Source of the DNA: an uncultured Bacteroides sp.
GTDB taxonomy: Bacteria; Bacteroidota; Bacteroidia; Bacteroidales; UBA11471
Assembly (NCBI GenBank): GCA_963931635.1
Contig: OZ007034.1
Coordinates: forward strand, 921,285-985,284
DNA length: 64,000 bases
Direction: 5' to 3'
Shown: piece by piece, positions 1-10,604 of the stretch
Layout of the letters: each line of letters begins with the position of its first letter
Numbering within the stretch: the stretch's first letter is position 1
The notes under the pieces: generated by a model
Databases searched by the model: none
Told to the model about the DNA's origin: nothing
Seen by the model: only the letters and a program-made list of their open reading frames with translations
Program-made: the position numbers and the translations under genes

Positions 1-627
1 TGGTACGCCGCCGTAGGGCTGGTGGTGAGCCTCGCCCTGTCGGTCTATACCTGCATCAATGCCGTATCCATGCTTCACGACCTGGGCGGCGCCTTCTTCT
101 ACTCGACCCTGCTGACGGGCAATATCGCCCTCATGACTCAGCTCAAATACCTGCCTTTGGCAATAGCTCTGCTCATAGGCTTGCCCCAGTTCCTGCCCGA
201 GATTACCAACAAGCGCATACGCCTCACCCTGCACCTGCCCGTGGGCTGTACGGCCGTTGTCTACACCATGGTGCTCTATGGCCTTGCCGTCTTCTGCTGC
301 ACCCTGCTGCCGGCCCTGCTCATCACGGTCATCACACTGGCAGTCAGCTTCCCGGCAGAGGTGACCGTCGCCACCTTGCAGACCCTGCTGCCCTGGTTGC
401 TTGGCGGTATGACCGCCTATTTCTTCACGGCGATGATAGCCTTTGAGCCGGTGTGGAAATTCCGCTTCGGCTATATCCTCATCGCCTACTTCACCCTGCG
501 CTTTTTCTACCTCGGCTACGGGGTGGGAAATGCCGTAACCGCCTACCCGCTGCTGCTCATCATCACCCTGATATCGAGCCTGGCAGTTATCTACACGTCG
601 CACCGTTTCAACAAAGGAGAGCTCTGA
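1..627 (+). CDS. polytopic membrane protein, 5'-truncated by the window edge (possibly ABC-2-type permease-like)
   Basis: Frame 1 is open from nt 1 to the stop at 625-627. The product is almost entirely hydrophobic helices. The GTG at 22 is only the ORF-caller's start; the true start lies upstream of the window. Confidence 0.55.
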   Translation, partial: WYAAVGLVVSLALSVYTCINAVSMLHDLGGAFFYSTLLTGNIALMTQLKYLPLAIALLIGLPQFLPEITNKRIRLTLHLPVGCTAVVYTMVLYGLAVFCCTLLPALLITVITLAVSFPAEVTVATLQTLLPWLLGGMTAYFFTAMIAFEPVWKFRFGYILIAYFTLRFFYLGYGVGNAVTAYPLLLIITLISSLAVIYTSHRFNKGEL

Positions 628-629
628 TT

Positions 630-1847
630 ATGGCAAAGATTGTACGTTTCCTCCTGATACTCATCACCATCTTCACCCTGTCGTTCTATCTGCCGTCGTT
701 CTACCGACGCACGGTCGAGAAACGTCCGCTGAAAACCATGATATATTTCAGCGAAGTGTCGCACGACTTCGTCATTGCCCGCGAAAGCATCGACTCCACC
801 ACCCAGGAAGCCGCCATGCTTTACTACGACACCCGGGGTAATCTTCTCTCCGAGACCAAATACATGCAGCTGTTGCCCTTCAACAACCGCCGCAAACTGA
901 AACTCATGGGCCTCATGCCCGACTCGCTCGACGGTGTCGCCCTCACGACTGACGTGCTGAAAAACGTGAAACGCAGCATGCTCGTGGCCGACCGCTCGTT
1001 CAGCTACGGACTTGCCCCGCTCTTCGAGTCGGCCCCCGAAAGGGTAGGGGTATCGCTTCCCGACGACATCTTCCGCATCGGCAAGAGGGGCATCGAGTTT
1101 ATCGACTGCACGACGGGCGAGATACTCCCCGAGAAGAGCGCACGCTTTGCCCTGGCCATGCAGGCTGCCGGCTTTGAAGCTCCCGCCCGCGACATCTACG
1201 GCATACCCTCGGTCATCAAACGTTGGGACAGCGGCTACTTCATCACCGACCGCAACGGCCGCCTCTTCCACCTGATGATGGTAAAAGGCGCTCCCTACTG
1301 TCGCCCCATCGAGACCGGATTCGAGATAAAGAACATCAAATGTCACACCGACGAAGAGATTTTCTGCCACATCTTCGATACCGACAACCGACTCTATGTG
1401 CTCACCACCGACTACCGACTGCTGCCGCTCCCGGTAGAGATACCCACCGGTCGCTGCTTCATGACCTCGAACGACTTCTTCCGCACCTACAAGACGACCG
1501 AGAAAGACACGAGCATACTCTTCGCCCTCGACCCGTCGTTCGGCTTTGTGGCCCGACACGCTGAGAAAATCGACCACTACGACGACACCCCCGAAGCTGC
1601 CTGGGAGAGACATCTCTTCCCCTTCGCAACGATGAAGACACCGGGCTACGCCCACTTCATACCCCTGCCCAACCCGGTACGTGACTTCTGGTTGGTCAAC
1701 CTCGTGTGCTTCCTGGTGTGGGCCGCCGTCAAGGCCTACAAGCGCCGCTCCCTGCGTCGGCCCGAAAACATCGGCGACGCCGTCATCATACTGCTGACCG
1801 GAGTCTACGGCCTGATTGCCGTGTGGCTCTTTCCCAACCGGAAATAA
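630..1847 (+). CDS. membrane-anchored hypothetical protein (DUF4857-like, from memory)
   Basis: ATG 630 lies 2 nt after the upstream stop. There is an N-terminal TM helix (FLLILITIFTLSFYL) and a C-terminal TM pair. The longer start at 453 overlaps the previous gene and is rejected. Confidence 0.6.
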   Translation: MAKIVRFLLILITIFTLSFYLPSFYRRTVEKRPLKTMIYFSEVSHDFVIARESIDSTTQEAAMLYYDTRGNLLSETKYMQLLPFNNRRKLKLMGLMPDSLDGVALTTDVLKNVKRSMLVADRSFSYGLAPLFESAPERVGVSLPDDIFRIGKRGIEFIDCTTGEILPEKSARFALAMQAAGFEAPARDIYGIPSVIKRWDSGYFITDRNGRLFHLMMVKGAPYCRPIETGFEIKNIKCHTDEEIFCHIFDTDNRLYVLTTDYRLLPLPVEIPTGRCFMTSNDFFRTYKTTEKDTSILFALDPSFGFVARHAEKIDHYDDTPEAAWERHLFPFATMKTPGYAHFIPLPNPVRDFWLVNLVCFLVWAAVKAYKRRSLRRPENIGDAVIILLTGVYGLIAVWLFPNRK

Positions 1848-1879
1848 CAATATGTGTCTCACTTAAAATCATCACCCTT

Positions 1880-2752
1880 ATGGAAACTGTAAGTGCTAAA
1901 CCTCAAAAAACTTCATTCATCGGGTTCGCCGCCTTCATGATTGTGCTTTTCACCATGCCGCTGGGCCATGCCGCCATGATTATCATGGAAAAGACACTGG
2001 GCGAAACCTATCTCACCCCCGCCGCTTTTGTGTTGGGACTCCTGGGCGCCGCCCTGGCTATCTGGGGCTTCTACATCAAAAACGAAAACGGAGCCACCTT
2101 TGCCGGCCTCATCGGCGGTCTAATGACCTGGACCGGGTGGATCGAATTCACCTTCGTCTACTTTGCCCGCCGCTACAACGTAGCTCCGGCCATGGAAAAC
2201 GGTGAAATCGTTACCAAGCCCGAATACCTCGTCATGATGTCGTCGGTAGGTTTCCTGGCCGTTGTCCTCATGTTCTACATATTCAGCGCTCGCACCCGTT
2301 GCGTCTTTTTCTGCTGGATACAGAAGGTACTGCGCATCAACCGCCACGAAGAGGCACTGCAAACGATACACCGCAACCACTCGCTCACCACTTTTGTAGA
2401 GACCAACATCATCTTGTGGGCCAGTTATCTGCTGCTGATGTTTGCCTACGACGATCATATCCTGGGCGACCGGCACCCGGTTACGGCCTTCATCGCTTTC
2501 GGCAGCCTCGTATGGTCGGCCTATCTCTTTGTAAAGCTCATGAAAATCCGCAAAATAGGCTACGCCATACGTTATGCCATTCCCACGGTCATCATCTTCT
2601 GGAATTTCGTCGAAATTCTCGGACGCTGGGACCTCTTCCGGGAAATATGGGTCGAACCGGGCGAATACAAGACCGAAATCATCATCATGTTCGTCGTCTT
2701 TCTTCTCTTTGCAGGAGGCCTCTTTCTACGTAAAAAACAAGAAACCAAATAA
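1880..2752 (+). CDS. polytopic membrane protein, unknown function
   Basis: ATG 1880 (METVSAKPQK...) is followed by multiple hydrophobic helices. The 1706 start would overlap the previous gene. No catalytic motif was recognised. Confidence 0.6.
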   Translation: METVSAKPQKTSFIGFAAFMIVLFTMPLGHAAMIIMEKTLGETYLTPAAFVLGLLGAALAIWGFYIKNENGATFAGLIGGLMTWTGWIEFTFVYFARRYNVAPAMENGEIVTKPEYLVMMSSVGFLAVVLMFYIFSARTRCVFFCWIQKVLRINRHEEALQTIHRNHSLTTFVETNIILWASYLLLMFAYDDHILGDRHPVTAFIAFGSLVWSAYLFVKLMKIRKIGYAIRYAIPTVIIFWNFVEILGRWDLFREIWVEPGEYKTEIIIMFVVFLLFAGGLFLRKKQETK

Positions 2753-2780
2753 TACTATTCACCTTTAATTAACAAGTCCT

Positions 2781-4994
2781 ATGAAGAAACTATTACTCTT
2801 CACGGCGTTCCTCAGCTGTTTTGCTTTGGGACACGCACAGTCCAAAACCGTGGCTGTGGAAACAGCCGGTACACTCAGTACCCTCATCTCTGCCGATGAA
2901 GCTGCTACGCTCACCGACCTTACCGTGACCGGTTCCATCAACAAAGCCGACCTCGACACCCTCAACGGTATGCCCGCCCTGGCCACCATCGACCTGAGCG
3001 GTGCCAACATCGTGGCCTCGACCGAGGGCGATGTAACCTACGCCGAGAACACCATTCCCGAGGCATCTTTCATGAGCAACAAGACCTTGGTATCGGTGCT
3101 CTTCCCCACCTCGCTCCAATATATCGGAACCGAGGCTTTTGCCGACTGTATCAACATCAAGGCTATCGACCTGAGCACCTGCCCCAACCTTGTTGAGGTT
3201 GGTTACAGAGCCTTCGGTGGTATCGACGGCCTCGAAAGTCTCTCTTTCAACGGCTGCTCCAAACTCACCACCCTCGGTGATTATGCCTTCTCAAACGATT
3301 TCTACATCGCTTCGATCGACTTCACCGGCTGCACCAGCCTCTCGACTATCGGGGCTAATGCCTTCAACAACGTGCGCGAAGCTCTCACGACTCTCGACCT
3401 GAGCGATTGCACGTCGCTTACCGTCATCGGAAAAAGCAGCTTCAAATCGTTGAAGAAAATGACCTCGCTCACCCTGCCCGAGAATGTCGAAATCATTGGC
3501 ATGGGTGCCTTCTATGCCTGCCAGTCGCTCGAAACCATCACCCTGCCTGCTTCGGTCGACTCCATCGCTCCCCACTCCTTCGGACAACCCAAAGCGATGA
3601 AGACCGTTGTATGCCTCGGCACCGATACCCGCGCCGCCGAAATGGCCTTCTCCAACAATACCTACATCTCTTCGGTCTCGACCAAACCCGCTGAGGAGAA
3701 CTATGCCGACAAGGGCTACACCCTCGTCGTGCCCCAGGGCTGCGCCGACACCTACCGTGCCGGTATCGAGTGGGCCAAGTTCCCCTTCATCAACGAAGCT
3801 GCCGAAGAGCCTGCCGATGGAAAAGTCGTAGCCGTAGAGACCGCTGGTACACTCAGCACCCTCCTTACCGCCGATGAAGCCGCCACTCTTACCGCTCTTA
3901 CCGTGACCGGTTCCATCAACAAAGCCGACCTCGATACCCTCAACGGTATGCCGGCCCTGGCTACCCTCGACCTGAGCGGTGCCAACATCGTGGCCTCGAC
4001 CGAAGGCGATGTAACCTACGCCGAGAACACCATTCCCGACGGAACCTTCACCAGCAACAAATCGCTCAAAAACGTCGTGCTCCCCAATTCGCTTGTAACC
4101 ATCGGCGACGAGGCATTCTACATGACCGAGCTCGAAACCGTCGATCTGAGCAACTGCTCCGAGCTGAAAGAGATTCTTGATTATGCCTTCGGGTCAATAC
4201 AAGAGACCCTCACCACTGTCTCTTTCAACGGGTGCTCCAAACTCGAATCGATTGGCGATTATGCTTTCACCAACGATAAGGTAATCGCTTCGATCGACTT
4301 CACCGGTTGCACCAGCCTCACCACCCTCGGTAACCGTGCCTTCCTCAACCTCAACTCTGCTCTCGAAACAATCGATTTGAGCGACTGCTCCGCCATGGAA
4401 AAAATCGGCGACAACTGCTTCCGCGGCTGTAAAGTAGCCACCTCGATTATCCTGCCCGAAGGAGCAAAGGTCATCGGCGAGAATGCCTTCTACCAATGCA
4501 ACGCCGTTGAGACCATCACCATTCCCGCATCGGTCGACTCCATCGCTCCCTATGCTTTCTATCAGCCCAAAGCGTTGAAGACTGTCGTATGCCTCGGCAC
4601 CGACACCAAAGCCGCCGAACGCGCTTTCACCAGCGTACTCTCGTCTAAACCCGCCGAAGAGAACTACAACGACCTGGGCTACACCCTCGTCGTACCCAAA
4701 GGCTGTGCCGACACCTACCGCGCCGGCATCGAGTGGGCCAAGTTCGCCGTCATCAACGAGTCGACTTCTGCCATCGAGAGCGTTGAAAGCAACAGCACAA
4801 CGGCCGTTTACGCTACCTCCGATGCCATCGTTGTCGAAGGTGCCGCTGCCGGCACACCGGTAACCGTCATCGCCCTGAGTGGCGCTCAGGTGAAGAGTGC
4901 CGTGGCCGACGGTTCGGCTCTCTCGCTGACCCTCGACATGAAGGGTATCTTCCTGGTAAAAGTGGGCAACGAGGTATTCAAAGTCGTTCTCTAA
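2781..4994 (+). CDS. secreted leucine-rich-repeat (BspA/LRR_5-type) surface protein with T9SS C-terminal sorting domain
   Basis: Signal peptide MKKLLLFTAFLSCFALGHAQ. Reiterated ~23-aa units of the form 'L.sI.l....sIG..AF..C.sL'. The beta-rich C-terminal ~65 aa ends ...MKGIFLVKVGNEVFKVVL, as in T9SS CTDs. Confidence 0.8.
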   Translation: MKKLLLFTAFLSCFALGHAQSKTVAVETAGTLSTLISADEAATLTDLTVTGSINKADLDTLNGMPALATIDLSGANIVASTEGDVTYAENTIPEASFMSNKTLVSVLFPTSLQYIGTEAFADCINIKAIDLSTCPNLVEVGYRAFGGIDGLESLSFNGCSKLTTLGDYAFSNDFYIASIDFTGCTSLSTIGANAFNNVREALTTLDLSDCTSLTVIGKSSFKSLKKMTSLTLPENVEIIGMGAFYACQSLETITLPASVDSIAPHSFGQPKAMKTVVCLGTDTRAAEMAFSNNTYISSVSTKPAEENYADKGYTLVVPQGCADTYRAGIEWAKFPFINEAAEEPADGKVVAVETAGTLSTLLTADEAATLTALTVTGSINKADLDTLNGMPALATLDLSGANIVASTEGDVTYAENTIPDGTFTSNKSLKNVVLPNSLVTIGDEAFYMTELETVDLSNCSELKEILDYAFGSIQETLTTVSFNGCSKLESIGDYAFTNDKVIASIDFTGCTSLTTLGNRAFLNLNSALETIDLSDCSAMEKIGDNCFRGCKVATSIILPEGAKVIGENAFYQCNAVETITIPASVDSIAPYAFYQPKALKTVVCLGTDTKAAERAFTSVLSSKPAEENYNDLGYTLVVPKGCADTYRAGIEWAKFAVINESTSAIESVESNSTTAVYATSDAIVVEGAAAGTPVTVIALSGAQVKSAVADGSALSLTLDMKGIFLVKVGNEVFKVVL
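2844..3782 (+). repeat. LRR-protein internal module, copy 1 (aa 22-334)
   Basis: Begins KTVAVETAGTLSTLISADEAATLTDLTVTGSINKADLDTLNGMPALA and ends YTLVVPQGCADTYRAGIEWAKF. Copy 2 has the same start and end blocks. Confidence 0.9.
3822..4745 (+). repeat. LRR-protein internal module, copy 2 (aa 348-655)
   Basis: Begins KVVAVETAGTLSTLLTADEAATLTALTVTGSINKADLDTLNGMPALA and ends YTLVVPKGCADTYRAGIEWAKF. The first ~210 nt are near-identical to copy 1 at the DNA level, and the middle is diverged. Confidence 0.9.
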
Positions 4995-5017
4995 ACACTT
5001 CGTTTCTCTTCCATACA

Positions 5018-5058
5018 GAACCCCCCGCCGGCCGATTGGCCAACGGGGGGTTCTTTTT
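5018..5058 (+). terminator. rho-independent terminator after the LRR gene
   Basis: Stem gaaccccccg (5018-5027) pairs with cggggggttc (5044-5053) and is followed by ttttt. Confidence 0.8.
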
Positions 5059-5160
5059 ATCCGCAACGCCAAATTTGGGAAAAAGATACTTACTTCTTAC
5101 TCACATCAATCAGCGCGACTTCATAACACTCGCGAAAAAAGGCTAAAAACAGGTAAAACA

Positions 5161-5195
5161 AAAAAGGCCGCTTGCCCGATGGCAAGCGGCCTTTT
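5161..5195. terminator. bidirectional hairpin terminator (ends the minus-strand tRNA-Asn pair)
   Basis: Stem ggccgcttgcc (5166-5176) pairs with ggcaagcggcc (5181-5191). It is flanked by aaaaa on the left and tttt on the right, so it reads as stem plus U-run on either strand. Confidence 0.8.
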
Positions 5196-5198
5196 CGG

Positions 5199-5272
5199 CT
5201 CTTCAGGTAGGACTTGAACCTACGACCCTCTGATTAACAGTCAGATGCTCTAACCGACTGAGCTACTGAAGA
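5199..5272 (-). tRNA. tRNA-Asn (anticodon GTT)
   Basis: The reverse complement folds as a 74-nt cloverleaf. Acceptor TCTTCAG/CTGAAGA, D-stem GCTC/GAGC, anticodon stem TCTGA/TCAGA with loop CTGTTAA, T-stem GTAGG/CCTAC with loop TTCAAGT. CCA is not encoded. Confidence 0.93.
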
Positions 5273-5316
5273 ATAAATGATGTATGTTTCGATTCCGCAC
5301 CCGGAATTTTTTGTGG

Positions 5317-5390
5317 CTCTTCAGGTAGGACTTGAACCTACGACCCTCTGATTAACAGTCAGATGCTCTAACCGACTGAGCTACTGAAGA
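5317..5390 (-). tRNA. tRNA-Asn (anticodon GTT), second identical copy
   Basis: The 74-nt sequence is identical to the copy at 5199-5272 and is separated from it by a 44-nt spacer. Confidence 0.93.
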
Positions 5391-5446
5391 AGATAACATT
5401 CCTAAAAATGCAGGGCAAAAGTAATGTGTTATTTCCAATTATGCAA

Positions 5447-5454
5447 TATATTTG
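5447..5454 (+). promoter_or_regulatory. Bacteroidota -7 box TATATTTG upstream of the S41 peptidase gene
   Basis: Exact match to TAnnTTTG, 44 nt before ATG 5498. Supports the shorter start. Confidence 0.55.
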
Positions 5455-5497
5455 TGGAAAAATTTCTCACTCTTTTCCGAAAACAACCCTCAAAGAT

Positions 5498-7195
5498 ATG
5501 CACAACGTTCTATTTTCAATCCGAAGTCTGGCCTTGACCTCAGCCCTGTTTCTCACGGGAAATCTCCTCTCGGCTCAAAACAACGACAAGACTTTTGACA
5601 CAGCCAAAAGCATTTCGGTATTCAACTCGGTATTGAAAGAGCTCAATACGCTCTATGTCGACACCTTCGACCTCGACAATATGGTAGAGAAAGGCATCAA
5701 CACCATGCTCTACACGCTCGACCCTTACACCACCTACATTCCCGAGACCGAGACCGAAGACTTCAAGTTCATGACCACGGGCGAATATGGAGGCATAGGC
5801 TCGCTCATTACCTACCGCGACAGCTTTACCTACATTGCCGAGCCTTACGAGGGACTACCCGCCCAGGTGTGCGGACTGAAAGCCGGCGACAAGATTCTGC
5901 GGGTCGACTCGGTATCGGCCGTGGGACTGCCGTCGGACAAGGTGAGCGAACGGCTCAAAGGCCCGGCCAACACCATCGTGCGCGTCGTCGTGGAACGCCC
6001 CGTGACACTCGACACGCTCACCTTCGACATCGTGCGCAAGAAAATCACCCTGCCGGCCGTTCCCTATTACGGCGTGCGCGACGGGGGAGTGGGTTACATC
6101 TACCTGCAAAGTTTCACCGACAAGGCAGCGGCCGAAGTGAAAGAGGCCTTCCTCGACCTGAAAAAGAACAGCCACATCTCCTCGCTCATACTCGACCTGC
6201 GGGGCAACCCCGGCGGTATTCTCGACGAGGCGCTGCAAATCATCAACTACTTCGTGCCCAAAGGCACCGAGATACTCTCGACCCGCGGCCGCATCAGCCA
6301 GTGGGACAAGACCTACAAGACCACCCAGAAACCTCTCGACGAGAAAATACCGCTGGTCGTTCTCATCAACGGTGAGTCGGCCTCGGCCTCGGAAATCGTG
6401 GCCGGTACGCTGCAAGACCTCGACCGCGCCGTCGTCGTGGGCGAACGCTCCTTCGGAAAAGGTCTCGTGCAGACCACCCGCCCCATGCCCTACAACGGCA
6501 TGATAAAAATCACCACCTCGAAATACTACATTCCCAGCGGCCGCTCGATACAGGCCATCGACTACTCCCACCGCAACGCCGCCGGACGTGCCGAACGCAT
6601 TCCCGACAGCCTCACCACCGCCTATACCACCGCAGCCGGACGCATCGTGCGCGACGGCGGCGGCATCACCCCCGACGTGAAAGTGGAGCTGGAACAGATA
6701 CCCAACATCGTGTACTACCTGGTCAACGACATGTACATCTTCCGCTACGCCACCCGCTTTGCCCAGCAACACGACACGATAGCTCCCATCGAGGCATTTG
6801 TCATAGACGACGATATATACAACGACTTCAAGGCGTATGTACAGAGCCAGAACTTCACCTACGACCGCCGCTCCCAGAAGGTTCTCGACGAGTTGCGCAA
6901 ATGGGCCGAGTTTGAAGGCTACCTCACTGACATCACCCCCGAAATCGACTCCCTGTCGAAGAAGTTGTCGCACAACCTCGACCACGACTTTGCCAACTTC
7001 CGCGACGAAATAGCCCAGCAGCTCGCCTTCGAAATCGTCAAGCGCTACTACTACCAGAAGGGAGAGATATGCGAGAGCCTCAAAGACGACCCCATCGTGA
7101 AACGGGCCCAGGAGATACTGCTAGACCCGCGGCAATACCGCACGATACTGCAACCCGAGAAGAGCGCGGCCGACCGTAAGGAGAAGAAGTCATGA
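5498..7195 (+). CDS. S41 family C-terminal processing (tail-specific) peptidase
   Basis: Signal peptide MHNVLFSIRSLALTSALFLTGNLLSAQ. PDZ-like segment (GLKAGDKILRVD). Peptidase core LILDLRGNPGG...NGESASASEI...GERSFGKGLVQ carries the Ser/Lys dyad context. Confidence 0.85.
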   Translation: MHNVLFSIRSLALTSALFLTGNLLSAQNNDKTFDTAKSISVFNSVLKELNTLYVDTFDLDNMVEKGINTMLYTLDPYTTYIPETETEDFKFMTTGEYGGIGSLITYRDSFTYIAEPYEGLPAQVCGLKAGDKILRVDSVSAVGLPSDKVSERLKGPANTIVRVVVERPVTLDTLTFDIVRKKITLPAVPYYGVRDGGVGYIYLQSFTDKAAAEVKEAFLDLKKNSHISSLILDLRGNPGGILDEALQIINYFVPKGTEILSTRGRISQWDKTYKTTQKPLDEKIPLVVLINGESASASEIVAGTLQDLDRAVVVGERSFGKGLVQTTRPMPYNGMIKITTSKYYIPSGRSIQAIDYSHRNAAGRAERIPDSLTTAYTTAAGRIVRDGGGITPDVKVELEQIPNIVYYLVNDMYIFRYATRFAQQHDTIAPIEAFVIDDDIYNDFKAYVQSQNFTYDRRSQKVLDELRKWAEFEGYLTDITPEIDSLSKKLSHNLDHDFANFRDEIAQQLAFEIVKRYYYQKGEICESLKDDPIVKRAQEILLDPRQYRTILQPEKSAADRKEKKS

Positions 7196-7728
7196 GCGCG
7201 ACAACACCGCTTCTCGACCCCTTCGGCTACTGTCCGCACTGCGGCTCGGCCCGGTTTGTCGATAACAACGCCCAGTCGAAGCGCTGCCTCGACTGCGGCC
7301 TCATCTACTACATCAACCCCAAGGCGGCGGTCGTGGCCCTCATCACCAACGACGAAGGCGACATACTCGTGTGCCGCCGCGCCAAAGAGCCGGCCCGCGG
7401 CACGCTCGACCTGCCGGGCGGATTTACCGACCTCGACGAGACCGCCGAGGAGGCCGTGGCCCGCGAAGTGCGGGAAGAGACCACACTCACCGTCGTTGCC
7501 ACACACTACCTCTTCTCCCTGCCCAACCGCTACACCTACGGCGGACTTACCGTGCCTACGATGGATCTCTTCTTTGAATGTCGCGTAGCTGACACCCGGG
7601 GGCTCGAAGCCCACGACGATGTGGCCGCCGCCCGGTTTATGAAACGCGACGAAATCGACCCCGCCGACTTCGGGCTGGCCTCGATACGCCGCGGCATCGC
7701 CCGTATTCTGGGGCGGGCGGCCGAGTAG
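7192..7728 (+). CDS. NUDIX hydrolase with N-terminal zinc ribbon (NudC-like)
   Basis: CPHCG...CLDCG zinc ribbon. Nudix box GGFTDLDETAEEAVAREVREETTL. ATGA start/stop overlap with the peptidase gene. Confidence 0.8.
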   Translation: MSATTPLLDPFGYCPHCGSARFVDNNAQSKRCLDCGLIYYINPKAAVVALITNDEGDILVCRRAKEPARGTLDLPGGFTDLDETAEEAVAREVREETTLTVVATHYLFSLPNRYTYGGLTVPTMDLFFECRVADTRGLEAHDDVAAARFMKRDEIDPADFGLASIRRGIARILGRAAE

Positions 7729-7946
7729 CCTACCCGACACTTTTTCCCCCTCACCGAAACCCCACCCGCAATAGCCCGATACCCGCCGCCACTCCCTGCG
7801 GAGAGAAAGGGTAGGAGAGGGGTACCCCGTACCCCTCCACATCGCTGCTCTGCAGCAGGCGGGAAGAGAGTCTTTCACACCCTTCGCCACGGGAGAGGCC
7901 GTCAACAAAAAATTTTCACCGGCTTGCCATTGCCCGAGCTTTTCAC

Positions 7947-7954
7947 TACCTTTG
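7947..7954 (+). promoter_or_regulatory. -7 box TACCTTTG upstream of mutS
   Basis: TAnnTTTG match 26 nt before the GTG at 7980. Confidence 0.5.
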
Positions 7955-7979
7955 TCTGCTCATCAAAACAAGAAATTCC

Positions 7980-10601
7980 GTGGCAAAAGAGATGGTCGAA
8001 ACCCCGCTCATGAAGCAGTACATCGAGATGAAAGCCGTTCACCCCGATGCCATACTGCTGTTCAGGGTAGGAGACTTTTACGAAACCTTTTCCGACGACG
8101 CCATCACGACGTCGGAGATACTGGGCATCACCCTCACCCGGCGGGCCAACGGAGCCGCCCAGTATGTCGAGCTGGCAGGCTTTCCCCACCATGCTCTCGA
8201 CACCTATCTGCCCAAACTGGTACGCGCCGGCAAGCGGGTCGCCATCTGCGAACAGCTCGAAGACCCGAAACTGGCCAAAAAGCTGGTCAAGCGCGGCATC
8301 ACCGAGCTGGTAACCCCCGGCGTCTCCATCGACGACAACATACTCGACCATAAGGAGAACAACTTCCTGGCCGGCGTACACTTCGGCAAGAACGGACAGT
8401 GCGGCGTGGCCTTCCTCGACATCTCCACCGGCGAATTCCTCACGGCCGAGGGCAACTACGACTATGTCGACAAGCTGCTGGGAAATTTCCAGCCCAAAGA
8501 GATACTCTTCGAGCGCAGCCACCGCAAGCAGTTCGAGGAGCACTTCGGCAACCGCTACTTCACCTTCGAACTCGACGACTGGATATTCACCGAGGAGGCG
8601 GCCACCGAACGGCTGCTGCGCCACTTCGGCACCAAAAACCTCAAAGGTTTCGGCGTGCAGAATCTCAAACTGGGCATCGTCGCCTCGGGCGCGCTGCTGC
8701 ACTACCTCGACATTACCCAGCACACCCACATCTCACACATACTCTCCCTGGCCCGCATCGAGGCCGACCGCTACGTGCGCCTCGACAAGTTTACCGTGCG
8801 CAGCCTCGAACTGCTCTCCACGATGAACGAAGGCGGCAAGAGCCTGCTCGACATCATCGACCGCACGGTGAGCCCCATGGGTGCGCGCCTGCTCAAACGG
8901 TGGATTACCTTCCCGCTGAAAGAGGTGGCCCCCATACGCGACCGTCAGGAGGTGGTAGAGTTTTTCTTCCGCCACCCCGAAGCCAAGGAGCTCATCGACC
9001 GCCAGCTCGCGCTCATCGGCGACCTCGAACGCCTCATCTCCAAAGTGGCCGTGGGGCGCATCACCCCGCGTGAGACGGTGCAGTTGCGGGTGGCCCTGTC
9101 GGCCATAGAGCCGATACGCGACTGCTGCCAGTCGGCCGACGAAGAGGTGCTCCGCCACATCGCCGCACAACTCAACCCCTGCACCCTCATACGCGACCGC
9201 ATCGAGCGCGAAATCTCGCCCGACGCCCCCTCGCTCACCAACCGCGGCGGCATCATTGCCCGCGGCGTGAATGCCGAACTCGACGAGTTGCGCGACATCT
9301 CGGGCTCGGGCAAGGACTACCTCCTGCACCTGCAACAGCGCGAGAGCGAACGCACCGGCATACCCAGTCTCAAAATCGGCTACAACAACGTCTTCGGCTA
9401 CTACATCGAGGTGCGCAACACCCACAAGGACAAGGTGCCCCAGGAGTGGATTCGCAAACAGACCCTTGTCAGCGCCGAGCGCTACATCACCCAGGAGCTG
9501 AAAGAGTATGAAGAGAAAATTCTCGGCGCCGAAGAGAAGATACTCGCGCTCGAAACACGCCTCTTCAACGACCTGGTGCAGGCCGTCGCCGACTACATTC
9601 CGGCCATACAGCTCGACGCCAACCTCATAGCCCGCATCGACTGCCTGCTCTCCTTTGCCAAGGCGGCCGAGGAGTACCACTACATACGCCCCGAGGTGAA
9701 CGACTCCCTCACCATCGACATCAAGGAGGGACGGCACCCCGTCATCGAACGGCAGATGCCTCCCGGCGAGAGCTACATCTCCAACAGCGTAACGCTCGAC
9801 AACGACCACCAGCAAATCATCATGATTACGGGTCCCAACATGGCCGGTAAGTCGGCCCTCCTGCGACAGACGGCCCTCATCGTCATCATGGCGCAGATAG
9901 GCAGCTATGTGCCGGCCGAAGCCGCCCACATAGGCATTGTCGACAAGGTCTTCACCCGCGTGGGTGCCTCGGACAACATCTCGCTGGGCGAGTCGACCTT
10001 CATGGTGGAGATGAACGAGGCGGCCGACATTCTCAACAACCTCTCCGACCGCAGCCTCGTGCTCTTCGACGAGCTGGGCCGCGGCACCAGCACCTACGAC
10101 GGCATCTCCATCGCCTGGGCCATCGTAGAGTACATACACGAGCACCGGCGCGCCCGGGCCAAGACCCTCTTTGCCACCCACTACCACGAACTCAACGAGA
10201 TGGAGAAGAGCTTCCACCGCATTGCCAACTACAACGTGTCGGTAAAGGAGGTCGACAACCGGGTCATCTTCCTGCGCAAACTGGTACGCGGCGGCAGCGA
10301 ACACAGCTTCGGTATCCACGTAGCCCGGCTGGCCGGCATGCCCCAGGCCATCGTGCAACGGGCCAACGAGATACTCCACCAGCTCGAAACCGACAACCGC
10401 AAAAACGGTATCGCCGTGCCTCAGGAAAAGAAAAAAGCCACGGCCGGCGGCGGAGGCATGCAGCTCAGCTTCTTCCAGCTCGACGACCCCGTACTCTCGC
10501 AGGTGCGCGACGAAATTCTGCACACCGACATCAACAACCTCACCCCCGTAGAGGCACTCAACAAGCTCAACGACATACGCAAAATCATCACCGGCAAATA
10601 A
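7980..10601 (+). CDS. mutS: DNA mismatch repair protein MutS
   Basis: N-terminus [30 protein letters not shown]. Walker [18 protein letters not shown] and [12 protein letters not shown] motifs. The start is GTG 7980 or ATG 7992. Confidence 0.95.
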   Translation: MAKEMVETPLMKQYIEMKAVHPDAILLFRVGDFYETFSDDAITTSEILGITLTRRANGAAQYVELAGFPHHALDTYLPKLVRAGKRVAICEQLEDPKLAKKLVKRGITELVTPGVSIDDNILDHKENNFLAGVHFGKNGQCGVAFLDISTGEFLTAEGNYDYVDKLLGNFQPKEILFERSHRKQFEEHFGNRYFTFELDDWIFTEEAATERLLRHFGTKNLKGFGVQNLKLGIVASGALLHYLDITQHTHISHILSLARIEADRYVRLDKFTVRSLELLSTMNEGGKSLLDIIDRTVSPMGARLLKRWITFPLKEVAPIRDRQEVVEFFFRHPEAKELIDRQLALIGDLERLISKVAVGRITPRETVQLRVALSAIEPIRDCCQSADEEVLRHIAAQLNPCTLIRDRIEREISPDAPSLTNRGGIIARGVNAELDELRDISGSGKDYLLHLQQRESERTGIPSLKIGYNNVFGYYIEVRNTHKDKVPQEWIRKQTLVSAERYITQELKEYEEKILGAEEKILALETRLFNDLVQAVADYIPAIQLDANLIARIDCLLSFAKAAEEYHYIRPEVNDSLTIDIKEGRHPVIERQMPPGESYISNSVTLDNDHQQIIMITGPNMAGKSALLRQTALIVIMAQIGSYVPAEAAHIGIVDKVFTRVGASDNISLGESTFMVEMNEAADILNNLSDRSLVLFDELGRGTSTYDGISIAWAIVEYIHEHRRARAKTLFATHYHELNEMEKSFHRIANYNVSVKEVDNRVIFLRKLVRGGSEHSFGIHVARLAGMPQAIVQRANEILHQLETDNRKNGIAVPQEKKKATAGGGGMQLSFFQLDDPVLSQVRDEILHTDINNLTPVEALNKLNDIRKIITGK

Positions 10602-10604
10602 CCC

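Noticed and set aside
5199-5390. The tandem identical tRNA-Asn genes as an integration hotspot or att site for a mobile element.
   Set aside because: No integrase, no partial tRNA duplicate and no compositional shift on either side. The neighbours are an LRR surface protein and a housekeeping S41 peptidase. This is a simple tandem tRNA duplication.
7192-7728. The Nudix protein as an NrtR-type regulator of the nadA/nadB genes in this window.
   Set aside because: It has an N-terminal Zn ribbon and ends shortly after the Nudix fold, with no C-terminal winged-helix domain. It is also operonic with a peptidase and far from nadA and nadB. A NudC-like hydrolase is the simpler call.
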